DNA from: an uncultured Chthonomonadaceae bacterium
Lineage (GTDB): Bacteria > Armatimonadota > Chthonomonadetes > Chthonomonadales > Chthonomonadaceae
Direction of reading: 5' to 3'
NCBI GenBank assembly: GCA_963817895.1
Contig: CAWFQB010000003.1
Coordinates: 384,001 to 448,000 of the forward strand
DNA: 64,000 nucleotides
How positions within the stretch are numbered: the first letter of the stretch is position 1; every line of letters starts with the position of its first letter. A program made the translations under genes and the position numbers. Below the pieces are notes generated by a model. It ran no database searches, had not been told where the DNA came from, and saw only the letters and a list, made by a program, of their open reading frames with translations. This document shows, piece by piece, positions 42,900-54,684 of this stretch.

Positions 42900-44546
42900 T
42901 CAGCGCCGCCGGGTCACTTTCGCATCCGGGGTTTTTACGCCGTTCTTGCCGTTGCCATTGCTGCCATTGCCGTTGCCATTCCCGTTTGTGGAATGGGTTT
43001 CTTCAGGGACGTTCTGCGCTGTCGCGCCGTTGCCGTTTTCTGCCGCATGATGGCCGTTGCCGTTGCCATTTCCATTGCTATGAGCGCCATTCGTCATGCC
43101 GTTGCCGCCATAGCCTCCTGTGGACAGGGCGAACTGATAGGCGTTCAGCGATTGGCGGCGAAGCCCGCGCATGTACTCGAACGCGGTCACGAGCGCCATA
43201 GCGAACAGGGCGATCAGAATACTGGCGCGGGCGGGGCTGCTGTTGCCCTGCATGTTGGTGTCCGGCGGCAGCGCGTCATCCAGAATGGAGATTTTGCTTT
43301 TGCCTGTCAGCGTGCTTAATCGCACGTCTACGGCCTTCACTTCCGCCGCCTGCATACGTTGCTGCGCGATGCCCTGATCGGTGCGCAGTTGTTCCATGCG
43401 CCACGCGAGATCGCGGCGCGAGAACAGATTGGATTCCGCTTTGGTCGCCAGTTTGACAAGGGACGCGCGCCGATCTTTCTGAACATCAAGCTGCTTGCGC
43501 GTATCCATTTGATCGGTCGTTTGCAGCTTCTGGATACCCTTCAACTGCTGCGCCAGATCCTCTTTCGCATGGCGCACGTTATCTTCGGCTTCCTGATAGG
43601 CGCGGGCTTCCGGGTTATAAGCGTCGCTGACGCGCTTGAAATTGCTTTCCGCCGCCGAAAGTCGGGAGCGGGCGCTGTTGAGCAGGCTGTCCTCAGCGGG
43701 CAGAATGGGGATGTTTTTCACCTGCTCGGCATGGAGTTTTTTGGACGCCTCCTGCGCGACAAGCGTGGCCCGCATATCGGCGTCAATCTGGTCAATCTGG
43801 TTGTACAGGCTGAACAGATAGTCGGGGCCGTTGGATTCGATGTTGTTGCCGACGGGAGTGCTGGTAACGGGCTTGTCTTTCCAGCTGAAAACGAAATTGC
43901 GCAGGCGGGTGGTGGCCCGCTGATAGTTTTCGCGGGCGTCCCGTCGCTCGTTCTGGACGATTTTCAGCAGCGCGTTCGCGCCCTCGGAGTTGCTTTCGCT
44001 GTAAAAGTCCGCCAGTTCATCCGCGTACTCGTTCGCCACTTCCGCGACGAGCTGGCGTACCTGTTCGGCTTTGCGTTCCGAACCGGGCGCTTTGACGGGC
44101 GGCGCTTCCATGACAAAGTGGATAATCAGCAGGCCCTCGAAGCTTGAATCATCCGGTTTCATGCCGTTGCGCAGAAGGTTGACGGCTTCCTTGCGGCTGC
44201 TCAGGCGCAGGCGTTGCGCCAGATCGAGGCGACGCTCCACCTTTTCCGCCATCATGCGGCTGGCAAGCAGGCCCATGTACTTGTGCGAACCGCCGCCCGC
44301 GCCGCCAAGCAGCGCGCTCAGTCCGCTGGGTATGCCTACCGGCCCGGACTGCTGCATGGCAACGGAACACTCGCTCATAAACTGCTGCGGCGCGGAGTAC
44401 AACTGGCGCAGGGCGTAGCCACCGCCCACGACAAGCCCCACGAGAGCCAGCGTGGCCGCTTTGCGACGCAGAATGTCGCGCAGCAGGGGAAAGTCAATAT
44501 GGAAGTTGAGGTCCTGTTCAGGCAGGAGAATAGGTTTTGTTTCCAT
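42900..44546 (-). CDS. Polysaccharide co-polymerase / chain-length determinant (Wzz/Wzc periplasmic part) with an Asn-Gly-rich tail
   Basis: Two TMs flank a coiled coil; ILDDALPP motif before the second TM; no kinase domain. Confidence 0.75.
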   Translation of the reverse strand: METKPILLPEQDLNFHIDFPLLRDILRRKAATLALVGLVVGGGYALRQLYSAPQQFMSECSVAMQQSGPVGIPSGLSALLGGAGGGSHKYMGLLASRMMAEKVERRLDLAQRLRLSSRKEAVNLLRNGMKPDDSSFEGLLIIHFVMEAPPVKAPGSERKAEQVRQLVAEVANEYADELADFYSESNSEGANALLKIVQNERRDARENYQRATTRLRNFVFSWKDKPVTSTPVGNNIESNGPDYLFSLYNQIDQIDADMRATLVAQEASKKLHAEQVKNIPILPAEDSLLNSARSRLSAAESNFKRVSDAYNPEARAYQEAEDNVRHAKEDLAQQLKGIQKLQTTDQMDTRKQLDVQKDRRASLVKLATKAESNLFSRRDLAWRMEQLRTDQGIAQQRMQAAEVKAVDVRLSTLTGKSKISILDDALPPDTNMQGNSSPARASILIALFAMALVTAFEYMRGLRRQSLNAYQFALSTGGYGGNGMTNGAHSNGNGNGNGHHAAENGNGATAQNVPEETHSTNGNGNGNGSNGNGKNGVKTPDAKVTRRR

Positions 44547-47500
44547 CAGATTCCGAATACTCCGGTCGCGAGCTTGAAGATGATCGCCGAATTGGTGATG
44601 GACTTGAAGAAATCGCCGATACCATCGCGATGCTGCGCGATGTTGGCCGCCAGCACTTTGGTCGGGACGAGAATCACGTCGCCGGGGCGCAGTTCTTTGA
44701 CTTTGTTGGCGGGAATAATGCCGCCGCCTGCGCGGATCACTTCAATGGTCTTTAGCGCGGCATCCGGGGCGTAACCGCCCGCCTGCGCGATGTAGTAGTC
44801 CAGCGATTGCCCGGCAGGAACAGAACGCCGCGCTGATTGGTGACGGCCCCGATGACCTGGATCGGTTGTCGGCTTTTCGGGAACGATGATGGTGTCGCCG
44901 TCCAGCAGCAGAATGTCATCGTCCGTTCTGCCGCCGGGTGTTTGGCTTCGTCGAGAGCGGCGGGCAGGTTGACGGCGATGTTGCCGCTGGGATCGAGTTC
45001 CTTGTCCGTCAGGCGGCGCGGGTCTGTGACCAGCTCGTGCTCGGACAGTTTGGACGCGATGGCGACTGCCGGCGGCATTGTTGAGCGCGCTGCTGCTTTG
45101 CGCGCCGCCGAGCAGGCTGCCGCTGTCATGTGGTCTGCCCAGCGCTTTCAGGCGCTCGATGTCGGATTTGGCGCGTTCGCTGCTTGAAATCCTGTCGTTG
45201 AGCAGGTTGGTGAGCGTGCCTATCGATGGCCGCGAGTTCCCTCTGCGTTTTGGAAGACAGCTTGGCTGGGTCGCGATTGAACTCCGCGCCTTCGGGGAAG
45301 GCTTCGGGGCGCAGGCCGCCCGCTTCGGCAATGGCGTCGCTCAGGCGCACGTTTTTGTTTTTCAGGATGATGGGGCCGGGCGAGTTGACCGCGCCTTTGA
45401 CGTACACGACGGCGGGCCGCTCGTCAATGCCGCCCGTGCCCTGCACGGCAATCACGTCGCCGTCTTCCAGCCGCATATCGTCCTGCGGCGCGCACTGCAA
45501 CTGCGAATCGAACTGCACGGACACAATGCCGTTGTTAGCGTCTTTGGACATCCACGGAACGGCGGGCATGGGCGATTTTCACGTTCGGATGCGCGCCGGG
45601 CCGGAACCAGCCGGCAAGCCGCAGGGCGTCCGTCAGGCGCATGCCTTCGCCGCGCGGATAAAAGCCCGGCGTGACCACTTCGCCTTCCACGCGCACCTGA
45701 TGCGCGGCGATAAACTGCGCTTCCGTGTTTTTGTACACGGCCACGATGTCGTTGTCTTCGAGGACAATGTTTTTCGCCGGGTCGCCATGCGCCACATCGG
45801 CCACGAGAACGGGTTCCATACTTGTACGTGCCGTCGCCGTGCTGATGGATGATTTCGATGCGCTCCGCATTGGGCAGCGCGCCGCCCGCCCGCAGCAGAA
45901 TGTCGAGGACGCGCATGTTCTGGCTGTACTCGTACACGCCTTCGCGCTGCACGGCCCCGCGCACTTCGATTTTGCGCGTGCCGACAAAAGCGGCTTCGGT
46001 GCGGGAGTAGATTTCCAGACTGTCCCACTTCATCAGGGGGATGTTGCTTTGCGGGTCGTTTTCAATGGCTTTGGCAAGGTCAATGGGAATCAGCGTGGTC
46101 GTATTGTCGCCGTTCCAGCGCTTCAGGGCGGCGCGTCCAAGATACGCTTCGCTGATGGGGTTGCGGGCGATGCGCAGCAGGTCGGCAACTCTCATACCGG
46201 GCGTAAGCGCGTAATCTCCGGGCTGCGAAATGGCCCCGGATACGTGCACTTTGTTGTCCACGATCTGGCGCACGGAATGGATTTCGACGCTGTCGCCGTC
46301 GTACAGGCGAACGGCTTCCACCTGCGTTTTGTCCCGCAGATTGATGTTTTTCAGAACGCGGTTCTGGCCGGGTTCGAGAGTATTCAGCTGTACGATCTGA
46401 TCCACGCCCGACGCCTTCACGCCGCCCGCAAATTTCAGCGCGTCCTTCAGGCTCTCGTCGTCTTTCATCTCGTACAGGGCGGGGTGGCGCACTTCGCCGA
46501 TGAGCGCGACGCGGGCTCCGCTCGGGGGAATCACCAGCATATCGCCCGCCCGCATAATCACGTCTTCCTGCCCGTCACCCTTCATGAACTTGTAAAAGTC
46601 GAGGGTTTTGAACTCTTTGCCCTCGCGCATCACTTTGATTTCGCGCAGGGAGCCGTCTATGGTCGGCCCGCCCGCCCCGTACAGCATGTTGAAGGCGGAG
46701 ATCACGCCCGGAACCACATACGTTCCCGGCTGCACGGCCTCGCCCTGCACGGTTACAGAGATCGAGCGCAGTTGCTTCAGGCTGAGGGATACCTGCGCGC
46801 CCTTGTAGTAGCGCAGGGCGCGAGTCTGTAAATCTCTTTCCAGTTGATCCAGCGTTTTGCCGCGCACCACGATGCGCCCCATTTCGCCCAGGTCGAGATT
46901 GCCCAGATTGTCTATCATCCGATCAATATCCATTGCGGGGAGTTTGGGCGTGGTAATGTGGATCACCACTTCGTCTCCGCCGGATAACTGATAGGTGGAG
47001 GGCGGGGACGCGATGATGTTGTTGGTCAACTGCGTCAGGGGGTCAATGATGCCCTCATAGCCGCTCACCGTCGAGCGTTGCGGGAACGGATTGTACCCAT
47101 TGTTGTAGCCGTTATAGCCATTATTATAACCGTTATTGTAGTAGCCGTTGTTGGGGCCATACGGATACCCATTCTGTCCGTTGTTTGGAAAGTTCGGATT
47201 ACCGGGGTTGTTCGGAAAATTGGGGTTGTTCCGATTATTGGGGTTGTACTGGCCGTTCGGATTATTCGGATATCCGGTTATGGGATCGAGCGGACGGTTG
47301 TTATTGGGATCGTTGGGGGTTCCGGTAGTTGTCGGAATTGCGTCCCGGCGCGCGGGTATCCCCATTGCGCCCCTGCAACCGTCCCTGTATGATGGCGTCC
47401 TCTTCCAGAGCGGCGTCATTGGAGTCCGCATCCTGACGGTTGGCGTTGCGGCGTCGCTCGGCGTCGGTGGAGCCGTTATCCTCCTGCGAACCGCCGCTGT

Positions 47501-48116
47501 TGTCCCCGTTGTCGCGTCCGTTCGGGCTGTTACTGTTGTTTGTATCGGAACCGTTGCGGCTGCGAAGCGTTCCGTGTTGGCGTCATTGCCGTTGCGGTTG
47601 TTGTCGCTGTTGGACGCGCTGCGGCTGCCGTTGCGATTGTTGCTGCGGGCCGAACCGCTGCCGTTGCCGCCGTTCAGGGCGCTGAGAAGGCCGTTGCGTC
47701 GGGCTTCCACGCCGCGCCGCGCAGAATCGAAATAGAGGAAGCCGTAAATCGGAAGGTCTTTGGCGTCCGTGACCATGCGCGGATCGCTCGGGCTGCTCTG
47801 ATGGTCGCCGAAGTCGCGTTTGGGATGGTACGGCATTCGGGCCGTGCCGTCGCGGTTGAAGTCGCGCGTGTTGTTGCCGCCGCCCGTATTGGGGTCAATA
47901 ATCACGGCGGGGTTGCCGGGGGCGGGCGGCATCTTTTTCAGACGATCCAGCTCTTCCTGCTTTTTCGCCTGTTCGGGCGTGGTCTGGCGTGGGCGGGGGC
48001 GTCCCCGGCGTTTGCGCCATTACGGGCGTCAGCAGCGACGTGGAATAGGCGACCAGCGACAGGGTTGAGACACAGGAGGCGATGCGGCGGGCGCGAGGAT
48101 GCTGTTGGAAATTCAT
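44546..48116 (-). CDS. Large SLBB-domain polysaccharide export protein (Wza/KpsD-like); several frameshifts
   Basis: YQLSGGD and repeated V.GEV..PG / AGG SLBB units, ending LRPGDVILVP; joined from ORFs 47895..48116, 45452..47932, 45535..45987, 45126..45569 and 44546..45331. Confidence 0.85.
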
Positions 48117-48464
48117 ACGTTGTCAGGTCTCCTTCCGCGCTGGATTGCCGACGCGGGGGAGGCGCGGGCAGGCAGGGCGGTTTCAGGCCGATAGCGGACA
48201 GGTCACAGCGACGGCAAGCCGGACGCGAGGCAGGCAAAATCAAACCTGCAACGGGCGAATTGTTGTCGCGGAACCGGGAAAGTTCAGTCGGAACTATGAA
48301 TATAGCGCGGAAGAACACGTTGCGAGTACGGGAGCGTGTGGTCTTGCCGAAAACGGGGGCGTCAGGGCCGCTAAACGAAACATTTTGGCTTAGTATATCC
48401 TATTTTACGGGCTACTGCCGGTTTTACGGCGTCTGGCGCGAAAAAAGTTCCGGCGGGGAGGATA

Positions 48465-48528
48465 TTCACCACCCGCCTGCGGCTAGAGGCACAGAGGCAC
48501 AGAGGTTTCACAGAGAAAAGAAGAGAAG
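48465..48528 (+). repeat. ~63-bp imperfect direct repeat, copy 1
   Basis: ttcaccacccgc..ctag...ttcacagagaaaagaagagaag; second copy at 55841-55902. Confidence 0.8.
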
Positions 48529-49097
48529 GAGAAGAGGAGAATGAGGGGGAATGTGTGTGGCAGGGAATGGGTTATAACTGCCGGTCGGCAGACGCAGGAA
48601 TAAACCGCGTTAAAATAAAATTTGAAAAACTGTTGTTTTCCTGCTGAAATGTTTGGCAGAACGCAGTATACTGATGTATAGATGCGTAAATTAACGGTTC
48701 GTTTGCTTTGCAGCCGGGTTGCGTTTTGGGTTTGATCCACTTTTTGCTTCTTCTTCCGGCTTGTGCTCGCCTGTTTGCTTTTTGGCGGCATCGGTCTTCT
48801 GGTTTGACATGTAATACGGTGTGCGGCAATCCTGTTGTTGATCGCGTGAGCGCCTGGGCTTGTGTTGTGTCCCAGAGTAACGTGTTTGTTGCCTTGCCTG
48901 TCCGTTCGATTGTTGATCCGGGAGATTGTGTCGTCCTCCTTTCTCCACTGCTGTTTGCAAAACCATTTTCAAAACCGGTTCCATTGTTGTGGCTTTCGGA
49001 AGCGGCTTTTAGCCTGTAGTTCCGCCTGCCGTTAAAGGTTTTGCATCTCTATGCGTGTTGTCACCTGCTAGTGATGCTGATTTTGTGGAGAGCGATT

Positions 49098-52000
49098 ATG
49101 CCCCAACGTCTGCTGGTTTCCCTGCTGTTCGCCGTTTGGACGCTGTGCTTGTTTACCGTCCGTTCTGCCCGCGCCGCCGCGCCGCTGCGCATCAGCTGCG
49201 GCAGCCCGGTCATGGTCGGAACATTCGGCTCGGACGCCTATTACAATGCCAGTGCGCCGATCTCCACTACGACGGGGGTTGACGTGAAGGGCGTTGCCAA
49301 CGCCGCGCCCGCAGCCGTATACCAGACGCAGAACACTGCTGCCACGCTGCTGGCGTATAATATCCCCGGCTTCACTCCTGCCGCCGCTTACACCGTCCGT
49401 CTGCACTTTGCCGAACTGGTTTATAATGCGGCGAACAGCCGCGTGATGAACATCGCCATTAACGGCGTCAGCGCGCTGAACAACTTCGATATATGGGCAA
49501 CGGCGGGAGCCAAAAACCGGGCCGTCGTGAAAACATTCAATGCTGTGGCAAGCAGCAACGGCTACATCCTCATCACTTTCGTTCCTGTCAGCGGCAGCAG
49601 TGTGGTCAATGGCATCGAGATCGTGCCGATTCCCATTCTGCCCAACGACCATCCCCTGCCTGGATGGGCTGCGGGTGTGATGCCGATGAACGGGGGCGGA
49701 ACCGGGGGCATGGGGCCGTCTTCGGCGGATGGCGTGAATCTGGCGTTGGGCGTGTATGAGAACGATCCGGGCGCGGACATTGGCGCGCGGAACCCTGTCG
49801 GGCCATCCCCGGTGTTTGCCCGCCTGTATCGTTCCAGCAACGCTTTTGCAGGCTATGCCTCGCCGGGACTGACGCCGGGATGGACGCACAACTACGATGT
49901 CGTGGTACAGGCTAACCTGGGCAAGGCGGGGCCGCTCACGCTGCGCTATCCCAACGGCGCAACGGAACAGTGGGGGCTTGGCCCGCGCGTCACGAACGGC
50001 ATTGCGCGTCTGTCGCCGCCGCCGGGAACGCCCTACATGGTGACGGGCGTTCCGGCGAATGGAAACTCCCTGAACGGGTGGCAGTCGCTGACCATGACGT
50101 TCAGTGACGAGAGCCGATGGACGTTTACGCCGTCTTCGGCTGCGACGTACCGGCTCACGCAGATCAGCAATCTTGTCGGGCGGTCTATCCAGATCAATTA
50201 CGACAGCTTAAATCGGCTTTACTCTATCACCGACGACGCTCAACTGCTCAATCCTATCGCTCCCCCCAATCTTCTGCTAGGTTTCGCCTACAACAATGGC
50301 CCTGCCGGCAAGCTGAACACTGTTTACGAGTATTCCAATCCTGCGCATGTACACATAGTAGTCTACTCCTATAATATGGACTACAAGGGATCGCAGTATC
50401 TGACGGGCGTGTCGCAAATCGCGCCCGACAGCGTATGAAATCCGCCGCTGCAATGGCAGTACCAGGGCCAGTTGCCGCTGTTCCGTGTGAGTGTTCCCGA
50501 CCCTACGGGGCTTGGCCTCTTTACGGGCAATGTTATCTACTATGATTCCAATGGCCGCGTTCAGCAAATCGCGGATGCCAACAACAATGTGCAGGTGTAC
50601 ACCTACGGCATGAACACGCAGGTGCAGACCGTCAACACCGGCACTGTCGCCGACATGGGCACGCAACTGTTCGACGGCCTTAACCGCGACCTGGGCGGGA
50701 TCGACGCGCTCAACCATCAGGCAAACATATTCTACGAAGACCCCTCCAACCCCTATCAGCCGACCCGCATGGTCAATCGCAACCAGCAGACAACGCTGTT
50801 CAGTTACGATCCCACTTATGGCAACCTGCTGACGGCGGATGTTCCGAGCAATGGCGGGCGGCTTACCGCCTCCTACACCTACGATTATACCGATTTCGCG
50901 ATGGGGCGGCTGTCGAGCGTACAGGTGGGCGGCAAAACGCCTACATCCGTCACATACTATACGAACAACACGGTCGTCAACAACATACCGCAGGCGAACG
51001 GGCTTGTCCGGCAGGTCACATCACCGGCCCCGAACGGAGCCGGAACGGTCGCAACCACCTATGTGTATACGGCGCTTGGCAACGCGCTGCAAATTACGGT
51101 TCCCGGTCCCAATGGCCCGGTGACATACGCCTACAACTATACGCAGGATGGCAACTACACATGCGCAGAAGCGCTGGGCGAACCGCTGACCATTACCGAT
51201 CCGTTGGGACACGTCACGCATTTCCGCTACGACCCCTGGGGCAATCTCACGGCGATGCTGGACGCCATAGGACGCGAAACGGACTACTATTACAACGAGT
51301 CCAGCCAACTGATTGAAACCCTGTATCCGCCAAAGGGCGCCAACAGTCCGGGGCGCAGTTACGCCATTTATAACTACCTGTATCTCGGAGGCCCGCTCCA
51401 GCAGACGCAGTTCTATGATGAGAGCGGAACGCTGGCGCGCTCCGTGCTGCGAACGGCGGGCAAGGAGGACGAAACCAAAGCGCAGACTGGGAGCGCAGAG
51501 AAGGCGACGCTCACCTACGATCCCTCCTATCGCGTGAAAACGCTGGCGGACGGCAACGGGCATGCTTTCGGTCACCAGTATGACCTCAACGGCAATTTGA
51601 AGCAGTTCACGCATCCGCTTGCCAATATGACAACCGGCTACGATACCAGCCGCGCCTTCTATGATAACGATGACAATGTCATGCAATCCATTGACGGCAA
51701 GAACCAAACCTTCAATTTCACGCTTGCGCCGGACGACAGCCGCCTGACCGATATTTTGTATCCCGCCAATACGCTGGGTACGACGCACTACGACTACGAC
51801 CAGTACGGGCGAGTCACGCGCCGAACGGACAAAGCGGGCGCGTATACGTATGCGTACGATGATCTGGACAACCTGCTGTCCACAACCACGACATACAAAA
51901 ACGCCTCATCCAGCGCCCTCAACCTGCCCGCGCAAACCATCTCCTACGTTTACAACCCGGACGGCAGCCGCAAGAGCATGACCACGCCGGGAGGAACATT

Positions 52001-53714
52001 CTCCTACACTTACGATAATGACGGACGGCTGACAAGCGTGAGTTTCCCCTGGGGCCAGAGTGTTCAATACGGCTACGACGATGCCAACCGCCTGACCCGT
52101 CAGACGCAGAGCAAATTCACCACAACATATATGTTCGACGGACTGGACAACCTGCTTGCGCTGAATCAGATTTCTAATGACGCCACTCATACAACCCTTG
52201 CTAATTTCACGGACATGCCCTACGATGCCACCGGCAATCGGCTGGGAATGACCATGACGATTCAAAAAGCGGCAGGAGACTTTACGGATGCGAGCGGCGT
52301 TTGCAGTTGGACATACGATACGGATGGAAAGCAGGATCAGCTAACAGGGGACGGCCGATCCCGCAACCGTATGCCGGGTTTCAATAGCTATAGCGAAACG
52401 TATCAGTCGGACGCGGCAGACAATTTGGTCGTTATGCGAGGCGGAGGCCAGACCTACAATGCCGACAATCAGCTTCTTAGTGGCGGCGGCTCAATTTATG
52501 ACGGCAACGGCAACGCGTTGGGCTACACATACGATGCGAACAATCGCATCGTGGGATTTGGCGGGAGAGCCTCTGCGGGCTATCGCGACGATGGCCTTCG
52601 GGCTTGGAAGCAGGCGACGTACAGCGGCTACCCGAGTATTACCTACTACCTGTATGATGGCGCGCATGTAGTGTGCGAACTCGGCAGCAACGGCGCGGCC
52701 CGGCACAATGTACGGGTGGGGCGCAACCGGACTGGCGCAGCTCGGGTACGGCAGCTACTACACCACGTATACGTTCGATCCGATGGGCAACGTGGTCAGC
52801 CGCTTTCCCGGCGGCTACACGCTCAACGAGCCGCAGGATTTCAGCGTCTACGATGCGTTCGGGTTCCGCCGCGCCTACTACTATCCGAACTTTCCGACCG
52901 CCACTGTGCCGCCGGATGCAGTCGGTTATGGCGGGCAGTGGGGCAACTACACGGATACGGAAACCGGGCTGATCCTGATGACGTTTCGGTACTACGATCC
53001 CGCCCGTTGCCGCTTCCTTACTCGTGACCCGATGGGCTACGAAGGCGGCGTCAACCTCTACGCCTACTGCCGCAACAATCCGATCAACCGCTTTGACCCG
53101 CTTGGGTTGGATTGGCATAGTTGGGTACATGGTGGATTGGCAGTTGCTTCCTTCATTCCAGCTGTGGGGCAGGTCTCAAGTGGCTTGGACGCTGTTTTGT
53201 ACCTGAGTGAAGGTAACTACGGTCAGGCTGGCTTGGCTGCATTAGGGGTAATACCTGGTGAGAAGTGGGTCGCGGCTGGTGCAAAGCTAGTTGCTGTTGC
53301 TAAAGGTGGGAGATTGCTGTCGAACACTAGCAAGACAGCGCGACTGGCCAGTAATGCAATTAAAATCGCGGCTGGCGCAGGTGAAGAAGTTGCGCCTGCG
53401 GTGATTGTGCGTATCATCAACAAAGGAGAAAAGATCAACGACATTATCAACGAGGCCAAATCACTGACTTTCGTAAACGACGTTGAACATGCTGTTGTTC
53501 GGCTTGCTGATGGAAGGCGCGCTCTTGTCTTTGGTGGCAAAACGGCATTAGCTTTGCGGAAGGCATGATTACGCGTATACTTGGACATACGCATCCATAT
53601 TCCGTTATTTCGATTGGTCGCTCCAATGCAGATGTCCAAGCCTTGCGACAGCTGGGGCAGAAGAGTTCTTACCTTATCGAACGCGGGTTAACGTCTAAGT
53701 TCTATGCAAAGTAG
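49098..53714 (+). CDS. Secreted malectin-domain RHS/YD-repeat polymorphic toxin with a JAB-like C-terminal domain; frameshifts near 50440, 52700 and 53540
   Basis: Signal peptide; malectin motifs (YTVRLHFAE, NFDIWATAG, VNGIEI); YD repeats; RHS core end RYYDP..RFLTRDP.G..NLYAYC.NNPINRFDPLG; shifted-frame tip GHTHPY..SNAD. Confidence 0.85.
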
Positions 53715-53879
53715 TATTAGTAGCATCGGCTTTAATTGCTAAACTCGGTTCCGAAACTGAAAGTACCCGTTTGTGTAGACTGCGATCAAAGTCCTGGCGA
53801 ACGCAAAAAGCTATTCTTTAGCTGTTTAACATCACGTTAATAGCTAATTGCTCTTTCAATTTTATACACAGCAACTACC

Positions 53880-54164
53880 ATGTACCTCATAATTGACACA
53901 ATTTGGATTAGCGAAGAAACATACAAACGGCACTCAGGCCAAGTTCCTTTTCTTGCGCCGGGGTTGTGGGTAGTGATTGATCCGGAGCAACAAATTAGCA
54001 CTTTGCCAGCTTGTACCCATGAGGTACTTGTCGTTGAGCCAAGCGGAACTTCAATCATTATGAGGGTAGACAAAGTAGAAGTTCATCATGGAGTTACCGC
54101 TTGCCATATACAAGATGCACAGCCGACAGATATACGCAAAGGGTCACATATCTACTGGCGCTAA
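53880..54164 (+). CDS. Small hypothetical protein (immunity candidate)
   Basis: 94-aa ORF in the AT-rich zone immediately after the RHS gene. Confidence 0.4.
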   Translation: MYLIIDTIWISEETYKRHSGQVPFLAPGLWVVIDPEQQISTLPACTHEVLVVEPSGTSIIMRVDKVEVHHGVTACHIQDAQPTDIRKGSHIYWR

Positions 54165-54190
54165 CCGTGCATAATTCGTACTCTGGTGAC

Positions 54191-54592
54191 ATGAAACAAG
54201 GAGCTCATTTAACCAAGCGTCAGATTTTATGTAGAATCAAAAAGAACAGTATCTTTGCACTTTTTAGAAATAAGGCAGCAAAATACTATTGCTTGATCGC
54301 TTGCTGTGTCTCAAATGTAAAAAAGTGCAAAGATACTGTAGGCATCTATGGAAGGACTACTGTTGAAAACCCGGTGAATGATGCGTTGGAAGCAACCGAA
54401 CTTGGCGAAGTTTATGCTGGTGGCAGCGGGGAACGTGGTACGGATATAGCCATTGATATTTTCGACGGGCGCAAACTTGAGCAAGCCTTAACGCTTATCT
54501 GCAAGGTGCTGCGTGAAGTCGGCGCTCCCGCAACAACGCAAATCATCCGAACCCGGCCCACGCGAAATGTTTACCCGTTGGATGAGCCGTAG
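54191..54592 (+). CDS. Hypothetical protein (immunity candidate; 5' end uncertain or degraded)
   Basis: The C-terminal half (ALEATELGEVYAGGSG..IDIFD..LREVGAP) looks protein-like. Confidence 0.4.
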   Translation: MKQGAHLTKRQILCRIKKNSIFALFRNKAAKYYCLIACCVSNVKKCKDTVGIYGRTTVENPVNDALEATELGEVYAGGSGERGTDIAIDIFDGRKLEQALTLICKVLREVGAPATTQIIRTRPTRNVYPLDEP

Positions 54593-54684
54593 TAGTGTCG
54601 TCACCGAGCATAGTGGCGCGAAAGCAGGTATTTCGTTCAGGCCGTGACCCTTGTTACTGCTGTTTACCAAAGGAGATATGCGCG

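Noticed and set aside
48483..48984. Small minus-strand ORFs, or an ops/JUMPstart leader upstream of the polysaccharide operon
   Set aside because: No recognisable protein motif and no clear GGCGGTAG element; cannot be supported from sequence alone.
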